DNA of 64,000 nt from Acidobacteriota bacterium (GTDB lineage: Bacteria; Acidobacteriota; UBA6911; RPQK01; JAJDTT01), in NCBI GenBank assembly GCA_965217775.1, contig CBDCJH010000002.1:1984001-2048000 (forward strand), written 5' to 3'. Below the pieces are notes generated by a model. The model worked only from the letters and a program-made list of their open reading frames with translations, did not search any database and was not told where the DNA came from. Positions within the stretch are counted from its first letter, which is position 1, and each line of letters begins with the position of its first letter. Below, piece by piece: positions 1 through 9,227 of the stretch. A program made the position numbers and the translations under genes.

Positions 1-90
1 TCGGCCGGAGCTTTCGAACAGGCAATCCGGCGTCAAGAGACGCGACGCTCATAATTCTTGAGCAAGACAACGAGAACAAGGAGATCCAGC

Positions 91-936
91 ATGGATGAAA
101 CCCTCAAGATCATGGCCGTCATGTGCCATCCTGCCGACGCCATCGACCACGCCGGAGGTACCCTCTGCCTCCATGCCCAGCGCGGGGACCAGGTCACCAT
201 GGTGGTCTGCACCCACGGTGTCGACACTCACCACACCCGCCGCAACGAGCTCATCAAGAGCGGCCGGCTCGATCAGGTCTCCGATCTGGACGAGGCCATT
301 AGAGAAAAGGAGGAGGAGGCGCGCCGGGGGATGGAGATCCTGGGGGTCCGGGACGTTCGGTTTCTACGTCTGAAGGACGACGTCGTGATTCAGAGCCGGG
401 AGCTGATCGAAGCCATCGCCAAAGAACTGGCCGACGTCCGGCCCCATCTGCTGATCCTCCACAACCCCACCGAGGAGCTTGGTTTCGCCCATCAGGAGAC
501 GGCAGAGGCGGCCCTCCGAGCCTGCGACCTCGTCAAGACCTCCCATTACGTCCAGGACGCCGGAGACCCGGTCACTCCGGCGCAGATCTTCTTCATCACC
601 ATGTACGGCCACACCAACCAGCTTTCGGCCGAAGGCCGGCGATTCGCCAATGTTTTGGTAGATATCAGCCCGGTGGTGGAAAAGAAGGCCCGCGCCCTGG
701 ACTGCGTGGCCAGCCAATACTACACGGGAGAATTGGGCCGCAAATGCATCGAAGTCACCAACGGAAGAATGGGACTTCACTCCTCCGTCTCGTATGCCGA
801 GGCTTATCAGGTGCTCAATCCCCACGTCTACTCCCATCTTCCGGCCAACGAGTACCTCATGCGCCAAGCCTCGAACTCCAAGAGCAGCCGGGGGGAGAGC
901 CTTCAGATCCTGCTGGCCGGATCCGACCGGGGATGA
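91..936 (+). CDS. PIG-L/LmbE family deacetylase
   Basis: HPADAIDHAGGTL (variant of HPDDE..GGTL), REKEEEARRGMEILGV, HQET, VDISPVVEKKARALDC..SQ, YAEAY; AAGGAG RBS before ATG at 91. Confidence 0.8.
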   Translation: MDETLKIMAVMCHPADAIDHAGGTLCLHAQRGDQVTMVVCTHGVDTHHTRRNELIKSGRLDQVSDLDEAIREKEEEARRGMEILGVRDVRFLRLKDDVVIQSRELIEAIAKELADVRPHLLILHNPTEELGFAHQETAEAALRACDLVKTSHYVQDAGDPVTPAQIFFITMYGHTNQLSAEGRRFANVLVDISPVVEKKARALDCVASQYYTGELGRKCIEVTNGRMGLHSSVSYAEAYQVLNPHVYSHLPANEYLMRQASNSKSSRGESLQILLAGSDRG

Positions 937-955
937 AGAGGTTTTCAATGCGAGA

Positions 956-2623
956 TCACCGGCGCTTGAGTAGGTAGGCCGCGGCCACCACGCCCGCGCA
1001 GCCCACAACGTTGTAGTAGAGAAACGACAACGAGGTATACTCGCTGACCGCCCACACGCTGACCATCCCCACGATCAACCCCCAGAACGCTCCCCGCGCC
1101 GTGGCCCAGGGGGCCAGGAAGGCCAGGAGGAAGACTCCCAACAGGGAGCCGTAGAAGTAGGAGCCGACCTGGTTGACCAGCTCCAAGAGGGACGCCTCCT
1201 GCTGGCCCACGTAGAGCGCCACCCCCGTAGCCAACACGCCCCAAGCCAGGGTGGCGAGGCGCGCCGCCCAGAGATAGTGCCGGGCGGAGGCCCCTCGAAT
1301 CAGATACCGGCGGTAGAAATCCATGACCGTGGCGCTGGAGAGCGCCGTCAGCTCCGAGTCCAACGAAGACATGGCAGCGGCAAAGATGACGGCGATCATC
1401 AAACCCAGGATCCCCGCCGGCACGTAGCGAACCAGATAGGAAGGAAAGACGTAGTTGACGTCGGTGGAGGAGCGGCCCTGGACCGTCTCGACCAACGCCT
1501 TGGAGCGGCCGCGCAACGCCTCCATCTCGTCATGGTATTCCCGGATCTTGGAGCGGCCGGGCTCCAGGTCGCCCCCCTCCTGGCGGGTTTGGACCAGGTC
1601 CAGAGTCGCCTCCCGCCGGAGCGAATGAAGTTCCCGGTAGTCCTTTTCCAACTCCTCGTAGGCCGGACCCTGGCCGCTCTGGCGCACCTGCGCCTCCTCC
1701 GCCGGGTTGAAGATCAGAGGCGGCTGCTCGAAGTGGTAGAAGACGAAGAGCAGCACCCCGATGGCCAGGATCAAGAACTGCATGGGCACCTTGAGGAAGG
1801 CATTGAAGAGGAGAGCGAGGCGGCTCTGGGTCAGGGACCGGGCCGTCAGGTAGCGCTGGACCTGGCTCTGGTCGCACCCGAAGTAGGCCAAGCCCAGAAA
1901 GAAGCCCCCCACGAGCCCGGACCAGAGCGTATACGTCTTGCGGGGATCCGGAGAGAGGTCCACACTCTTCCACATCTCCTCGATTCCGCCGATATAGAAG
2001 ACGTCCCCCACGCCGACCTGAGGAGGCAGCTCACCGAAGAGGGTCCAGAGCGCCGCGCCGATCCCGCCGAACATGAGCAACATCTGCAGCACGTCGGTCC
2101 AGATGACCGCCGTAATTCCCCCCGCTGCGGTGTAGAGAATGGTCACGGCTCCAATGATCAGCACCGTGACCAGTTCGTCCCAGCCCATCAGGACCGAGAG
2201 CACCACTGCGGGAGCATAGAGGACGATTCCGGCGGCCAGTCCGCGGGAGACCAGGAACAGGAAGCTGGTCAGGGAACGGGTCCGGGCGTCGAAGCGCTGT
2301 TCCAGGAACTCGTACGCAGTGTAGACCCTCCGACGATAGAAGAACGGGACGAACAGAACGCAGAGAACCACCATTACCAGCGGCTGGGGCAGGTAGACCT
2401 GGATGAACTTCATGCCGAAGCCGTAGGACTGCCCCGTGGTTCCGATGAAGGTGATGGCGCTGGCCTGGGTGGCCATGACGGAGAGGCCGATCAGGCCCCA
2501 GGAAAGGCTGCGGTTCCCCAGGAAATAGCCTTCGACACCGGTGCTCTTCCGGCTCTGATACAGACCGACCAGGAGGATCAGGACCACGTAAAAGGAAAAG
2601 ACCGCCCAGTCGAGAACTGTCAC
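956..2623 (-). CDS. sodium:solute symporter (SSS family)
   Basis: YFLGNRSL, LSVMATQASAITFI, AYEFLEQRFD, YTAAGGITAVIWTD, DQSQVQRYL, AAAMSSLDSEL; many TM segments. Confidence 0.92.
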   Translation of the reverse strand: MTVLDWAVFSFYVVLILLVGLYQSRKSTGVEGYFLGNRSLSWGLIGLSVMATQASAITFIGTTGQSYGFGMKFIQVYLPQPLVMVVLCVLFVPFFYRRRVYTAYEFLEQRFDARTRSLTSFLFLVSRGLAAGIVLYAPAVVLSVLMGWDELVTVLIIGAVTILYTAAGGITAVIWTDVLQMLLMFGGIGAALWTLFGELPPQVGVGDVFYIGGIEEMWKSVDLSPDPRKTYTLWSGLVGGFFLGLAYFGCDQSQVQRYLTARSLTQSRLALLFNAFLKVPMQFLILAIGVLLFVFYHFEQPPLIFNPAEEAQVRQSGQGPAYEELEKDYRELHSLRREATLDLVQTRQEGGDLEPGRSKIREYHDEMEALRGRSKALVETVQGRSSTDVNYVFPSYLVRYVPAGILGLMIAVIFAAAMSSLDSELTALSSATVMDFYRRYLIRGASARHYLWAARLATLAWGVLATGVALYVGQQEASLLELVNQVGSYFYGSLLGVFLLAFLAPWATARGAFWGLIVGMVSVWAVSEYTSLSFLYYNVVGCAGVVAAAYLLKRR

Positions 2624-2649
2624 GGCGTTGGAGGATCAATGAAGGCGGT

Positions 2650-2761
2650 GTAGGGGCGACCCTCGTGGTCGCCCTTGATCGCCGGTGGCAAGTGATATTG
2701 GAGATCGTAGGGGCGACCCTTGTGGTCGCCCTTGATCGCTGGTGGCAGATGATATTGGAGA
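2650..2761 (+). repeat. tandem pair of GTAG-type REP elements (57-bp period)
   Basis: GTAGGGGCGACCCTCGTGGTCGCCC at 2650 and GTAGGGGCGACCCTTGTGGTCGCCC at 2707, each followed by a near-identical ~30-bp tail. Confidence 0.88.
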
Positions 2762-2845
2762 GACCAGAGAAATGGGAAAAGAGCAGTAAGACGCGCAGTG
2801 TGGAGACGGATCGCCATGTCGGTTTTCACCCCGGTCGCTCGCTCT

Positions 2846-2944
2846 TCAACCCAAGAGATAAAGCAGGAGGATCAGGACCAGGGTGTAACCCCCCACCGCC
2901 CAGTAGAACCGGTTCCAACGGAAAGGGCCCGAGTCGACCGGCAT
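2846..2944 (-). CDS. small single-TM membrane protein upstream of the SSS transporter (32 aa, not in ORF track)
   Basis: Manual translation MPVDSGPFRWNRFYWAVGGYTLVLILLLYLLG*; small membrane partners commonly precede SSS genes. Confidence 0.55.
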   Translation of the reverse strand: MPVDSGPFRWNRFYWAVGGYTLVLILLLYLLG

Positions 2945-3111
2945 CAGATGGCTCCGAAGTACTGCAGATCGGGATCGACCCGAACCACAGCGTCGCGCCG
3001 GCGAATCTCATGATAGTGGGGCAGCATGAGATAGCTGCAGGGTGGCCAGAAGTTCGCCAAGAGGATGCATCCGGCCACGGCCGTCAGCCTCAGAGCCTTT
3101 CGGAGGAGCAT
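2944..3111 (-). CDS. possible 55-aa ORF with a signal-like N-terminus (may be a gene remnant)
   Basis: Manual translation MLLRKALRLTAVAGCILLANFWPP...LQYFGAI*; starts just after the murA stop, and its TGA overlaps the ATG of the next small ORF. Confidence 0.3.
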   Translation of the reverse strand: MLLRKALRLTAVAGCILLANFWPPCSYLMLPHYHEIRRRDAVVRVDPDLQYFGAI

Positions 3112-3123
3112 CCGGGACACCGG

Positions 3124-4416
3124 TCAGCTCTCGCCTCGGATCCGGGCGCCTACGCCGCGCAGCCTGCCCACCACGTTCTCGTATCCTCGCAACACCACTT
3201 CGGCGTGCTCGATTCGGGTGTCGCCCTGGGCGCACAGGCCGGCCACCAGCAGCGCCATGCCGGCCCGGATATCGGGAGACTCCAGTTGCTTGCCGCGGAG
3301 ACGGCGCGGGCCTTCCACCAGAACCCGGTGGGGATCGCACATGGTGATCCGGGCTCCCATCCGAACCAGCTTGTCCACGAAGAACATGCGGGCCTCGTAC
3401 ATCCAGTCGTGGACCAGGCACAGGCCGTGGGCCTGAGTCGCCAACACGATCACCAGCGACACCAGGTCGGTGGGAAACAGTGGCCACGGACCGGCGGTGA
3501 GCTGCGAGGGGTTGACCATTCTGGAGGCTTCGACCTGCAACCCGCCTTCACAGGGCCGAAACTCGATTCCGAACCGCTCCAGCACGGGGATGACGCCCAT
3601 CAGGTCTTGCTGCCCGACACCCAGGAGACGAACCGAGCCGTGGGTCACGGCAGTGGCGATGGCCAAGGTGCCGGCATCGATGTAGTCCGGCGGCACGTCG
3701 AACTCCACTTCCTCCTTCCGTTCGCCGACGCCGCTGAGAACCCGGTAGTAGAGGGGGTGGAGCTCGATGCGGCAACCCAGTTCCCGCAAGAAATCCACCA
3801 CGGCCAGAACGTGGGGCTCGCGGGCCGGATTCCGGATCGTCCCGCCGCCCAATGCCGAGAACAGAAGCAGGGCGTTCTCAGTGGCCGTGACCGACGCCTC
3901 CTCCAGATAGACCACCGGGTCTTCCACTTGCCGGCTCTTGAGGATGTCGATGGAGGAACTGTCTTCCCGGACCCGGAAGCCGGCCGCTTCCAGGACCGAC
4001 CAGTGGACGTCGAAGGACCGGCGGCCGATGGGGCAGCCGCCGGGACTGACGCAGGAGACCCGCCCGAAAGCGGCGGCCAAGGGACCCAGAAGCAGGATGG
4101 CGCCCCGGAGCTTCTCCACCAGATCGGCGGGAAGCTGTTCCGGCTTCAACCCGCTCGAGTCCATATGGAGGTCTTCTCCCTGCCATTCGGCCTCCACGCC
4201 CACGACCCGGACCAGCCGCAGCAGGTTCTCCACGTCGTCGATGCGGGGCACCCGGTTCAGAACCACCCGGGAACGGGCCAGCAGGACGGCGCAGATCAGC
4301 GGCAGGGCGGCATTCTTGTTGCCCTGGACCGGGTAGTCGCCGTAGAGGGTGTAGCCCCCCTCGATGAGGAACTTGCGTGTCGGTGCCCGGTGGGTGTCTA
4401 TCGCGGTTAAAACCAT
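3124..4416 (-). CDS. murA: UDP-N-acetylglucosamine 1-carboxyvinyltransferase
   Basis: GNKNAALP, PGGCPIGRRSFDVH (catalytic Cys loop), SVTATEN, AREPH, FPTD, DIRAG, RGYE. Confidence 0.95.
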   Translation of the reverse strand: MVLTAIDTHRAPTRKFLIEGGYTLYGDYPVQGNKNAALPLICAVLLARSRVVLNRVPRIDDVENLLRLVRVVGVEAEWQGEDLHMDSSGLKPEQLPADLVEKLRGAILLLGPLAAAFGRVSCVSPGGCPIGRRSFDVHWSVLEAAGFRVREDSSSIDILKSRQVEDPVVYLEEASVTATENALLLFSALGGGTIRNPAREPHVLAVVDFLRELGCRIELHPLYYRVLSGVGERKEEVEFDVPPDYIDAGTLAIATAVTHGSVRLLGVGQQDLMGVIPVLERFGIEFRPCEGGLQVEASRMVNPSQLTAGPWPLFPTDLVSLVIVLATQAHGLCLVHDWMYEARMFFVDKLVRMGARITMCDPHRVLVEGPRRLRGKQLESPDIRAGMALLVAGLCAQGDTRIEHAEVVLRGYENVVGRLRGVGARIRGES

Positions 4417-5357
4417 TGGTTCGGACTGACGATCAGGATCTCGGGTTCCAACTCGATGTCGAATCTCTCTCGGACCCGGTTCGAGTATTTCCGGGCCAAA
4501 GTCAGCATATCATGGCTGGCTGCGCCTTCTTCGTTGACGAACAGGTTGGCGTGATGAGGCGCGATCAGGGCGCCTCCGATCCGCCGCCCCCGGGCGCCCA
4601 CCTCGTCCAGGAGTTTGCCGGCCGGAATCTTCCCGTAAAGGATGAAATCCGCGGGAATCCGGCTCAAAATCTCCGGCTCCAGGTCAGCCGCGATCACGTT
4701 TTTGAAGAAGCTTCCCGGGCATTTCAGGTCCACCGGGTATTTGGCCAGGCGCGTGGCCAGAATCTTGTCCGAGACCGGCTGCAGCGGCTCCGAGGCCGGC
4801 TCCAGCACCAGGGTGCAGGAGAGCATGAACCAGTCCCGGCGCTCCTTGAAGAGACTGTGCCGGTAACGAAAATCCAGTTCGCAGGCGGGAAGCGTGCGGA
4901 CACCCTCCTCCGGCGACCAGAAGGACACTTCCCGGATCCGATCCCCGATCTCCTGTCCGTAGGCGCCAGCGTTCCCCACCACGGCTCCGGCCAAGGTTCC
5001 CGGAATCCCGTAGAGGCGCTCCATCCCGGCCAGACCGAGTCCGTTGACCCAGCGGATGGTCTCTCCCAGGTCCTCTCCGCCCGAAACCCGAACCTCGTTC
5101 CCGGCGCACTCCCGTCCCCGCAGGCGATTCCGTACGACCAGCCCCTCGTATCCGGTGTCCGCGAAGAGGATGTTGCTTCCCGCTCCCAGAAATAGAACCG
5201 GTAGACCCTGGCGCCCGGCCCATCCCCAGGCGGTGTCCAGCAGTCCCGGGTCGCGCAATTCCAGCAGCCAACGGCCGCTTCCGCCAATGGCCAGCGTGGT
5301 CAGGGGAGCCAGGAGAGCTCCCGGACGGAATCCCAAATCGGCAGGCGGGGCATCCAT
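4407..5357 (-). CDS. murB: UDP-N-acetylmuramate dehydrogenase
   Basis: LGAGSNIL, GIPGTLAGAVVGNAGAYG, FRYRHSLFK, GSFFKN, HANLFVN, LEPE. Confidence 0.95.
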   Translation of the reverse strand: MDAPPADLGFRPGALLAPLTTLAIGGSGRWLLELRDPGLLDTAWGWAGRQGLPVLFLGAGSNILFADTGYEGLVVRNRLRGRECAGNEVRVSGGEDLGETIRWVNGLGLAGMERLYGIPGTLAGAVVGNAGAYGQEIGDRIREVSFWSPEEGVRTLPACELDFRYRHSLFKERRDWFMLSCTLVLEPASEPLQPVSDKILATRLAKYPVDLKCPGSFFKNVIAADLEPEILSRIPADFILYGKIPAGKLLDEVGARGRRIGGALIAPHHANLFVNEEGAASHDMLTLARKYSNRVRERFDIELEPEILIVSPNQWF

Positions 5358-5640
5358 GGGCGGTTAGGAGGCGACCCGCGTTTTCCCTGAGGGAAAACCG
5401 AGTCTGACTGAGAGTGTCGGCGAGTTCTCAACTAGTTCGGGCGGCATAGAGACCACGGAGCCTTCCTTACATGAAATAACGAGTTCGAGGGATAACCGGA
5501 AAGGGTGACATTCGGGATGATCCGAACCGACATCGAGGGTTTTCCGATTGACCCCTTTTCCGTTCTTTGAGAGATTCTGCCGGAGAACGGACTCGTGGGA
5601 CAAGGTCCCCGGAGTCACCGGGCCACGGAGGTGCAGAAAA

Positions 5641-6156
5641 ATGTCCATCAGCGAAACCTTGTTGTCCGAGTTCGATCAGGAGATCGACGGCGCTCGCAGG
5701 ACCCTGGAGCGGGTGCCGGAAGACCGGTTCGACTGGAAGCCCCACCCCAGGTCCGGGAGCATGATCTGGCTGGCGAGTCACCTGGCCAATATCCCCTACT
5801 GGGCCATCATCACGATCCATGAGGACGAGCTGGACCTCATGCCCGGCGGAAAACCCCGCCCGCAGCCCGCGGCTCCCACCAGCGTGGATCAGCTGCTCGC
5901 CGAGTTTGACCAGCGCGTTCGCGAGGCACGCGCCGCCATCGCCGGCGCCGACGACGCGGCCTTTTCCAAACCCTGGTCGCTCCTCCGAAACGGGGCCACC
6001 GTTTTTAGCATGCCCAAAGTCGCGGTCTTGCGGACCTTCGTCATGAATCATCTGATTCACCACCGCGCCCAACTCGGAGTCTACCTGCGTCTCAACGACA
6101 TTCCGGTCCCCTCCATCTACGGTCCCTCTGCCGACGAGAACCCGGTGGGAATGTGA
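5641..6156 (+). CDS. DinB/YfiT-like metal-binding protein
   Basis: WKPHPRS..LASHLA, NHLIHHRAQLGVYLRLNDIPVPSIYGPSAD; GGAGG upstream of ATG 5641. Confidence 0.9.
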   Translation: MSISETLLSEFDQEIDGARRTLERVPEDRFDWKPHPRSGSMIWLASHLANIPYWAIITIHEDELDLMPGGKPRPQPAAPTSVDQLLAEFDQRVREARAAIAGADDAAFSKPWSLLRNGATVFSMPKVAVLRTFVMNHLIHHRAQLGVYLRLNDIPVPSIYGPSADENPVGM

Positions 6157-7466
6157 GTTCGTTTCCCAATCACGCGGAATCCGGTTCCCTGTCCCGCAAC
6201 TGGGACCTGTCCCCGCCGGCGACGGCCCGTTCCATCATCGACGAATTCAAGCATCAGATGGAATTGGGACTGGCGGCGGACCGCTCCGGTTCCCTGGCCA
6301 TGATCCGGACCTTCATTCCCAGAACGGCCCGTTTTCATCCGGGAACCTTTGTGGGTCTGGACATGAGCGGCACCAACTTCCGGGTGGTGGTGCTCTCGGT
6401 CAACCCGGATCAGACTCTTGCCGGGAATCCTCGAATCCGGATCTTTCCCATTCCTTCCAGGCTCAAGCGGGGGAAGGCGGATCGCGAGGCTCATTCCCGG
6501 GACCTCTTTCGATTCCTCGCTGCCGGCATCGCCCAGACCTTGGAACGGGAGGGAATCGCCGCATCCGGCCTCCGGGTAGGGTTCACCTTCGCCTTCCCGA
6601 CGCGCATGGAGTCGGCGGACCGGGGCGTCCTCCTGAAATGGACCAAGGAGTGGGACCTGCCCGACCTGGTGGGACGGGACCCGGTGCCGGAACTGGCCCG
6701 GGCCTGCCGGCAGGCCGGCCTGCAAGGAGTGAAGGTCAACGTCCTGCTGAACGACACGGTGGGAACCCTGATCCTGGGGTATTTCAGCGACCGCCGGACC
6801 CTGGCCGGAGGAATCCTGGGAACCGGCACCAACCTGGCCGCCTGGCTGGGGTCCACGGCCATCAATTTCGAGTGCGGCAACTTCGATTTCGGCCCCCTCC
6901 GGGACCGGATCCTCACGCCTGTCGACCGGGACCTGGACTCCCGGTCCAGAAATCCGGGACAGCAACGGTTCGAGAAGATGGTGGCCGGCCGTTACCTGGG
7001 CGGGCTTCTGCGCCGGCTTCTGGACGGGACCCATCCGTCGGGACGATTCGGGGAGCGGGGTACCGTGGATGCGGAGGATCTCTCACGCTTGGCCGCGGAT
7101 TCGGGGGATCTGCCGGAGACGCGCCGCTTTCTGGAACGACTGGGCGTGGAGGAAGATCTCCTGGAGCAGCGGCAACAGGCGGCTTCCCTGGCCCGCATGA
7201 TACTGAAACGGTCGGCCCAGCTCAGTGCCCTGGCCATGACCGCCACGGCGGAGTGGGTCGATCCGGGACTGGAGGATCTCCACGTGATGACCGTGGACGG
7301 CTCACTGTTCGAGCACGCTCCGGGTTATCCCGAGGCCATGCGCCGGATGCTCCGAAATGTCCTCGGTTCCCGCGCCGATCGGATAGAATGCCGTCTGGTC
7401 AAGGATGGATCCGGAATCGGCGCCGCCCTGGCCTCCTCCGCCGTGGAGGCCCGGGCGACTGGTTGA
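6153..7466 (+). CDS. hexokinase, eukaryotic-type (Hexokinase_1/_2)
   Basis: LDMSGTNFRV, GFTFAFP, KWTK, LLNDTVGTL, GILGTGTN, INFECGNF, QRFEKMVAGRYLG, VDGSLFEH, DGSGIGAAL. Confidence 0.9.
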   Translation: MSSFPNHAESGSLSRNWDLSPPATARSIIDEFKHQMELGLAADRSGSLAMIRTFIPRTARFHPGTFVGLDMSGTNFRVVVLSVNPDQTLAGNPRIRIFPIPSRLKRGKADREAHSRDLFRFLAAGIAQTLEREGIAASGLRVGFTFAFPTRMESADRGVLLKWTKEWDLPDLVGRDPVPELARACRQAGLQGVKVNVLLNDTVGTLILGYFSDRRTLAGGILGTGTNLAAWLGSTAINFECGNFDFGPLRDRILTPVDRDLDSRSRNPGQQRFEKMVAGRYLGGLLRRLLDGTHPSGRFGERGTVDAEDLSRLAADSGDLPETRRFLERLGVEEDLLEQRQQAASLARMILKRSAQLSALAMTATAEWVDPGLEDLHVMTVDGSLFEHAPGYPEAMRRMLRNVLGSRADRIECRLVKDGSGIGAALASSAVEARATG

Positions 7467-7532
7467 AGGAAAGGGAGAGTCTCTCGCGGAACCATCGGTT
7501 GACGCTCGTCGGTGACACTTGGAGAAGCTGAA

Positions 7533-9227
7533 ATGTCGAGTCCGATCCGTCCGGCGGTGAGGCGAATCCGGATCCTGTTTCTGGGCGGCCTGCTGATCTC
7601 GTTCGCCTATTCCATGCAACTGCGCCGCCACCGGCAGTTGGAAGTTCCGGCGCCGTCGCCCCCTCCGCCGGTGGAAGTCGGAGCCGACGCGGCCACCCTG
7701 AACCTGAAGATCATAGAGCGTGGCTCGGAAGCTCCCGTCAGCGGTACCGTGAGTGTCAACGGAGGAGCCGTCGAGGGCGAAGAGGCCTACCTGGAACACT
7801 CCCTGAGGCGTTCCGCCAATCGGCACAAGGGACCGATCCGGTTCCGCCCGTTGAGCTACTACTTCTACACCGACGGCACTCTCAGCCTGAAGGTCCCGCC
7901 CGGGCGGTGTACGGTGGAGGTCCGCAAGGGCTACGAATACATCCCCTCGAACCGCAGCTTCGAACTGGATCCGGGGCAGGTCCTGGACGCCACCGTCACC
8001 CTCTCCCGCTGGATCGACATGGCGGCCCTGGGCTGGTATTCCGGTGACACCCATATCCACTTCGAACGCACCGGAACCAACGACGACGACCTGCTGACTC
8101 TGACCTCGGCCCGGGACATCCGCTATGCCTTCAGCCTCTCCATGAACACCCGGGGTTACTCGCTGGGCGGGGCGTTCGAGTCGTGGCATCAGGCCCACGG
8201 CCTGGGCGACGGCTCCGTCCGCAATCGAGGCCCCTATTTCCTCACTTCGGGCCAGGAGTATCGCACTCGGACCCTGGGGCACGTCACCGTCCTCATGGCC
8301 AGGGAGTACGTCCCCGGTGTGGGTCACACTCGCAACACCGACCGGGGGCCGTCCTTGGGGGTCATCGGCGATCAGGCCCGGGAGCTGGGGGGAGTGATCG
8401 GCCTCAATCACGGCGGCTACACGCGCCTGGAGGCGGACTCCCTCGCGCTTTCCGGCAAGATGGAGTTCCTGGAGCTGCTCCAGTTCGGAGGCTATCGGGG
8501 GTTGGGGCTCGACGGATGGTACGACTTCCTGAACCTGGGTTACCGCTGGCCCATCGTCGGCGCCTCCGACTATCCAGCCACCCGCGAGCTGGGAGACTGC
8601 CTCACCTACGTACGAGCTTCCCGTCCTCCCACTCCCCGGGGATTCGTCGAGGGGCTGGTCCGGGGAGAGAGCTTCGCCACCTCCGGTCCCATGCTTCGAG
8701 TGACCGTCGACGGGAAGCAGCCGGGAGAGTCGATCCTGGCCGAAGGGAAGAACCGACTGGAGCTGCAGGTGGAGGTCCGGGTCTCCAGTCCCGTTTACCC
8801 GGTTCGATACGTGGACCTGATCCGGAATGGACGCGTCGTGTCCCGGGACTTCGCGGCCGAGGGCCGAGCCTCCTGGGAACTGAGCCGCAGGATCGAACTC
8901 TCTTCCAGCGGCTGGGTGGCCGTCCGGGCATACTCGGACGCCGGCACCGAGGCTCACTCCAATCCGGTCTACGTCTACCTGGACGGAAAACTGCCCTTCG
9001 ATGACGACGCGTGCGGCCAGATTCTGGCCCGTCTGGACTCCTCCATCCGCGCCATCCCCGAACCGACCGTGGCCGATCAGGTCCGAACCCTGCGGGACCG
9101 GCTGGCCCGTTACCGGGATACCGGCGACTCCCAGGGACTGGCTCTGCCCACCGTCTCCCGGATCGCGGAAGATGAGAGAGAACGAACCACCGCGGCCCCG
9201 GCGGCGACAGGAGCGACATCGAGATGA
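7533..9227 (+). CDS. secreted or membrane-anchored CehA/McbA-like (PHP-type) metallohydrolase, paralog 1
   Basis: N-terminal TM, KGYEY, GWYSGDTHIH, GQEYR..GH, NHGG, WYDFLNLG..GASD, GESFATSGP, AHSNPVYV. Confidence 0.8.
   Translation: MSSPIRPAVRRIRILFLGGLLISFAYSMQLRRHRQLEVPAPSPPPPVEVGADAATLNLKIIERGSEAPVSGTVSVNGGAVEGEEAYLEHSLRRSANRHKGPIRFRPLSYYFYTDGTLSLKVPPGRCTVEVRKGYEYIPSNRSFELDPGQVLDATVTLSRWIDMAALGWYSGDTHIHFERTGTNDDDLLTLTSARDIRYAFSLSMNTRGYSLGGAFESWHQAHGLGDGSVRNRGPYFLTSGQEYRTRTLGHVTVLMAREYVPGVGHTRNTDRGPSLGVIGDQARELGGVIGLNHGGYTRLEADSLALSGKMEFLELLQFGGYRGLGLDGWYDFLNLGYRWPIVGASDYPATRELGDCLTYVRASRPPTPRGFVEGLVRGESFATSGPMLRVTVDGKQPGESILAEGKNRLELQVEVRVSSPVYPVRYVDLIRNGRVVSRDFAAEGRASWELSRRIELSSSGWVAVRAYSDAGTEAHSNPVYVYLDGKLPFDDDACGQILARLDSSIRAIPEPTVADQVRTLRDRLARYRDTGDSQGLALPTVSRIAEDERERTTAAPAATGATSR

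Noticed and set aside
2650-2761. 57-bp periodic repeat as a CRISPR array
   Set aside because: Two units with near-identical spacers and a GTAG-palindrome: a REP doublet.
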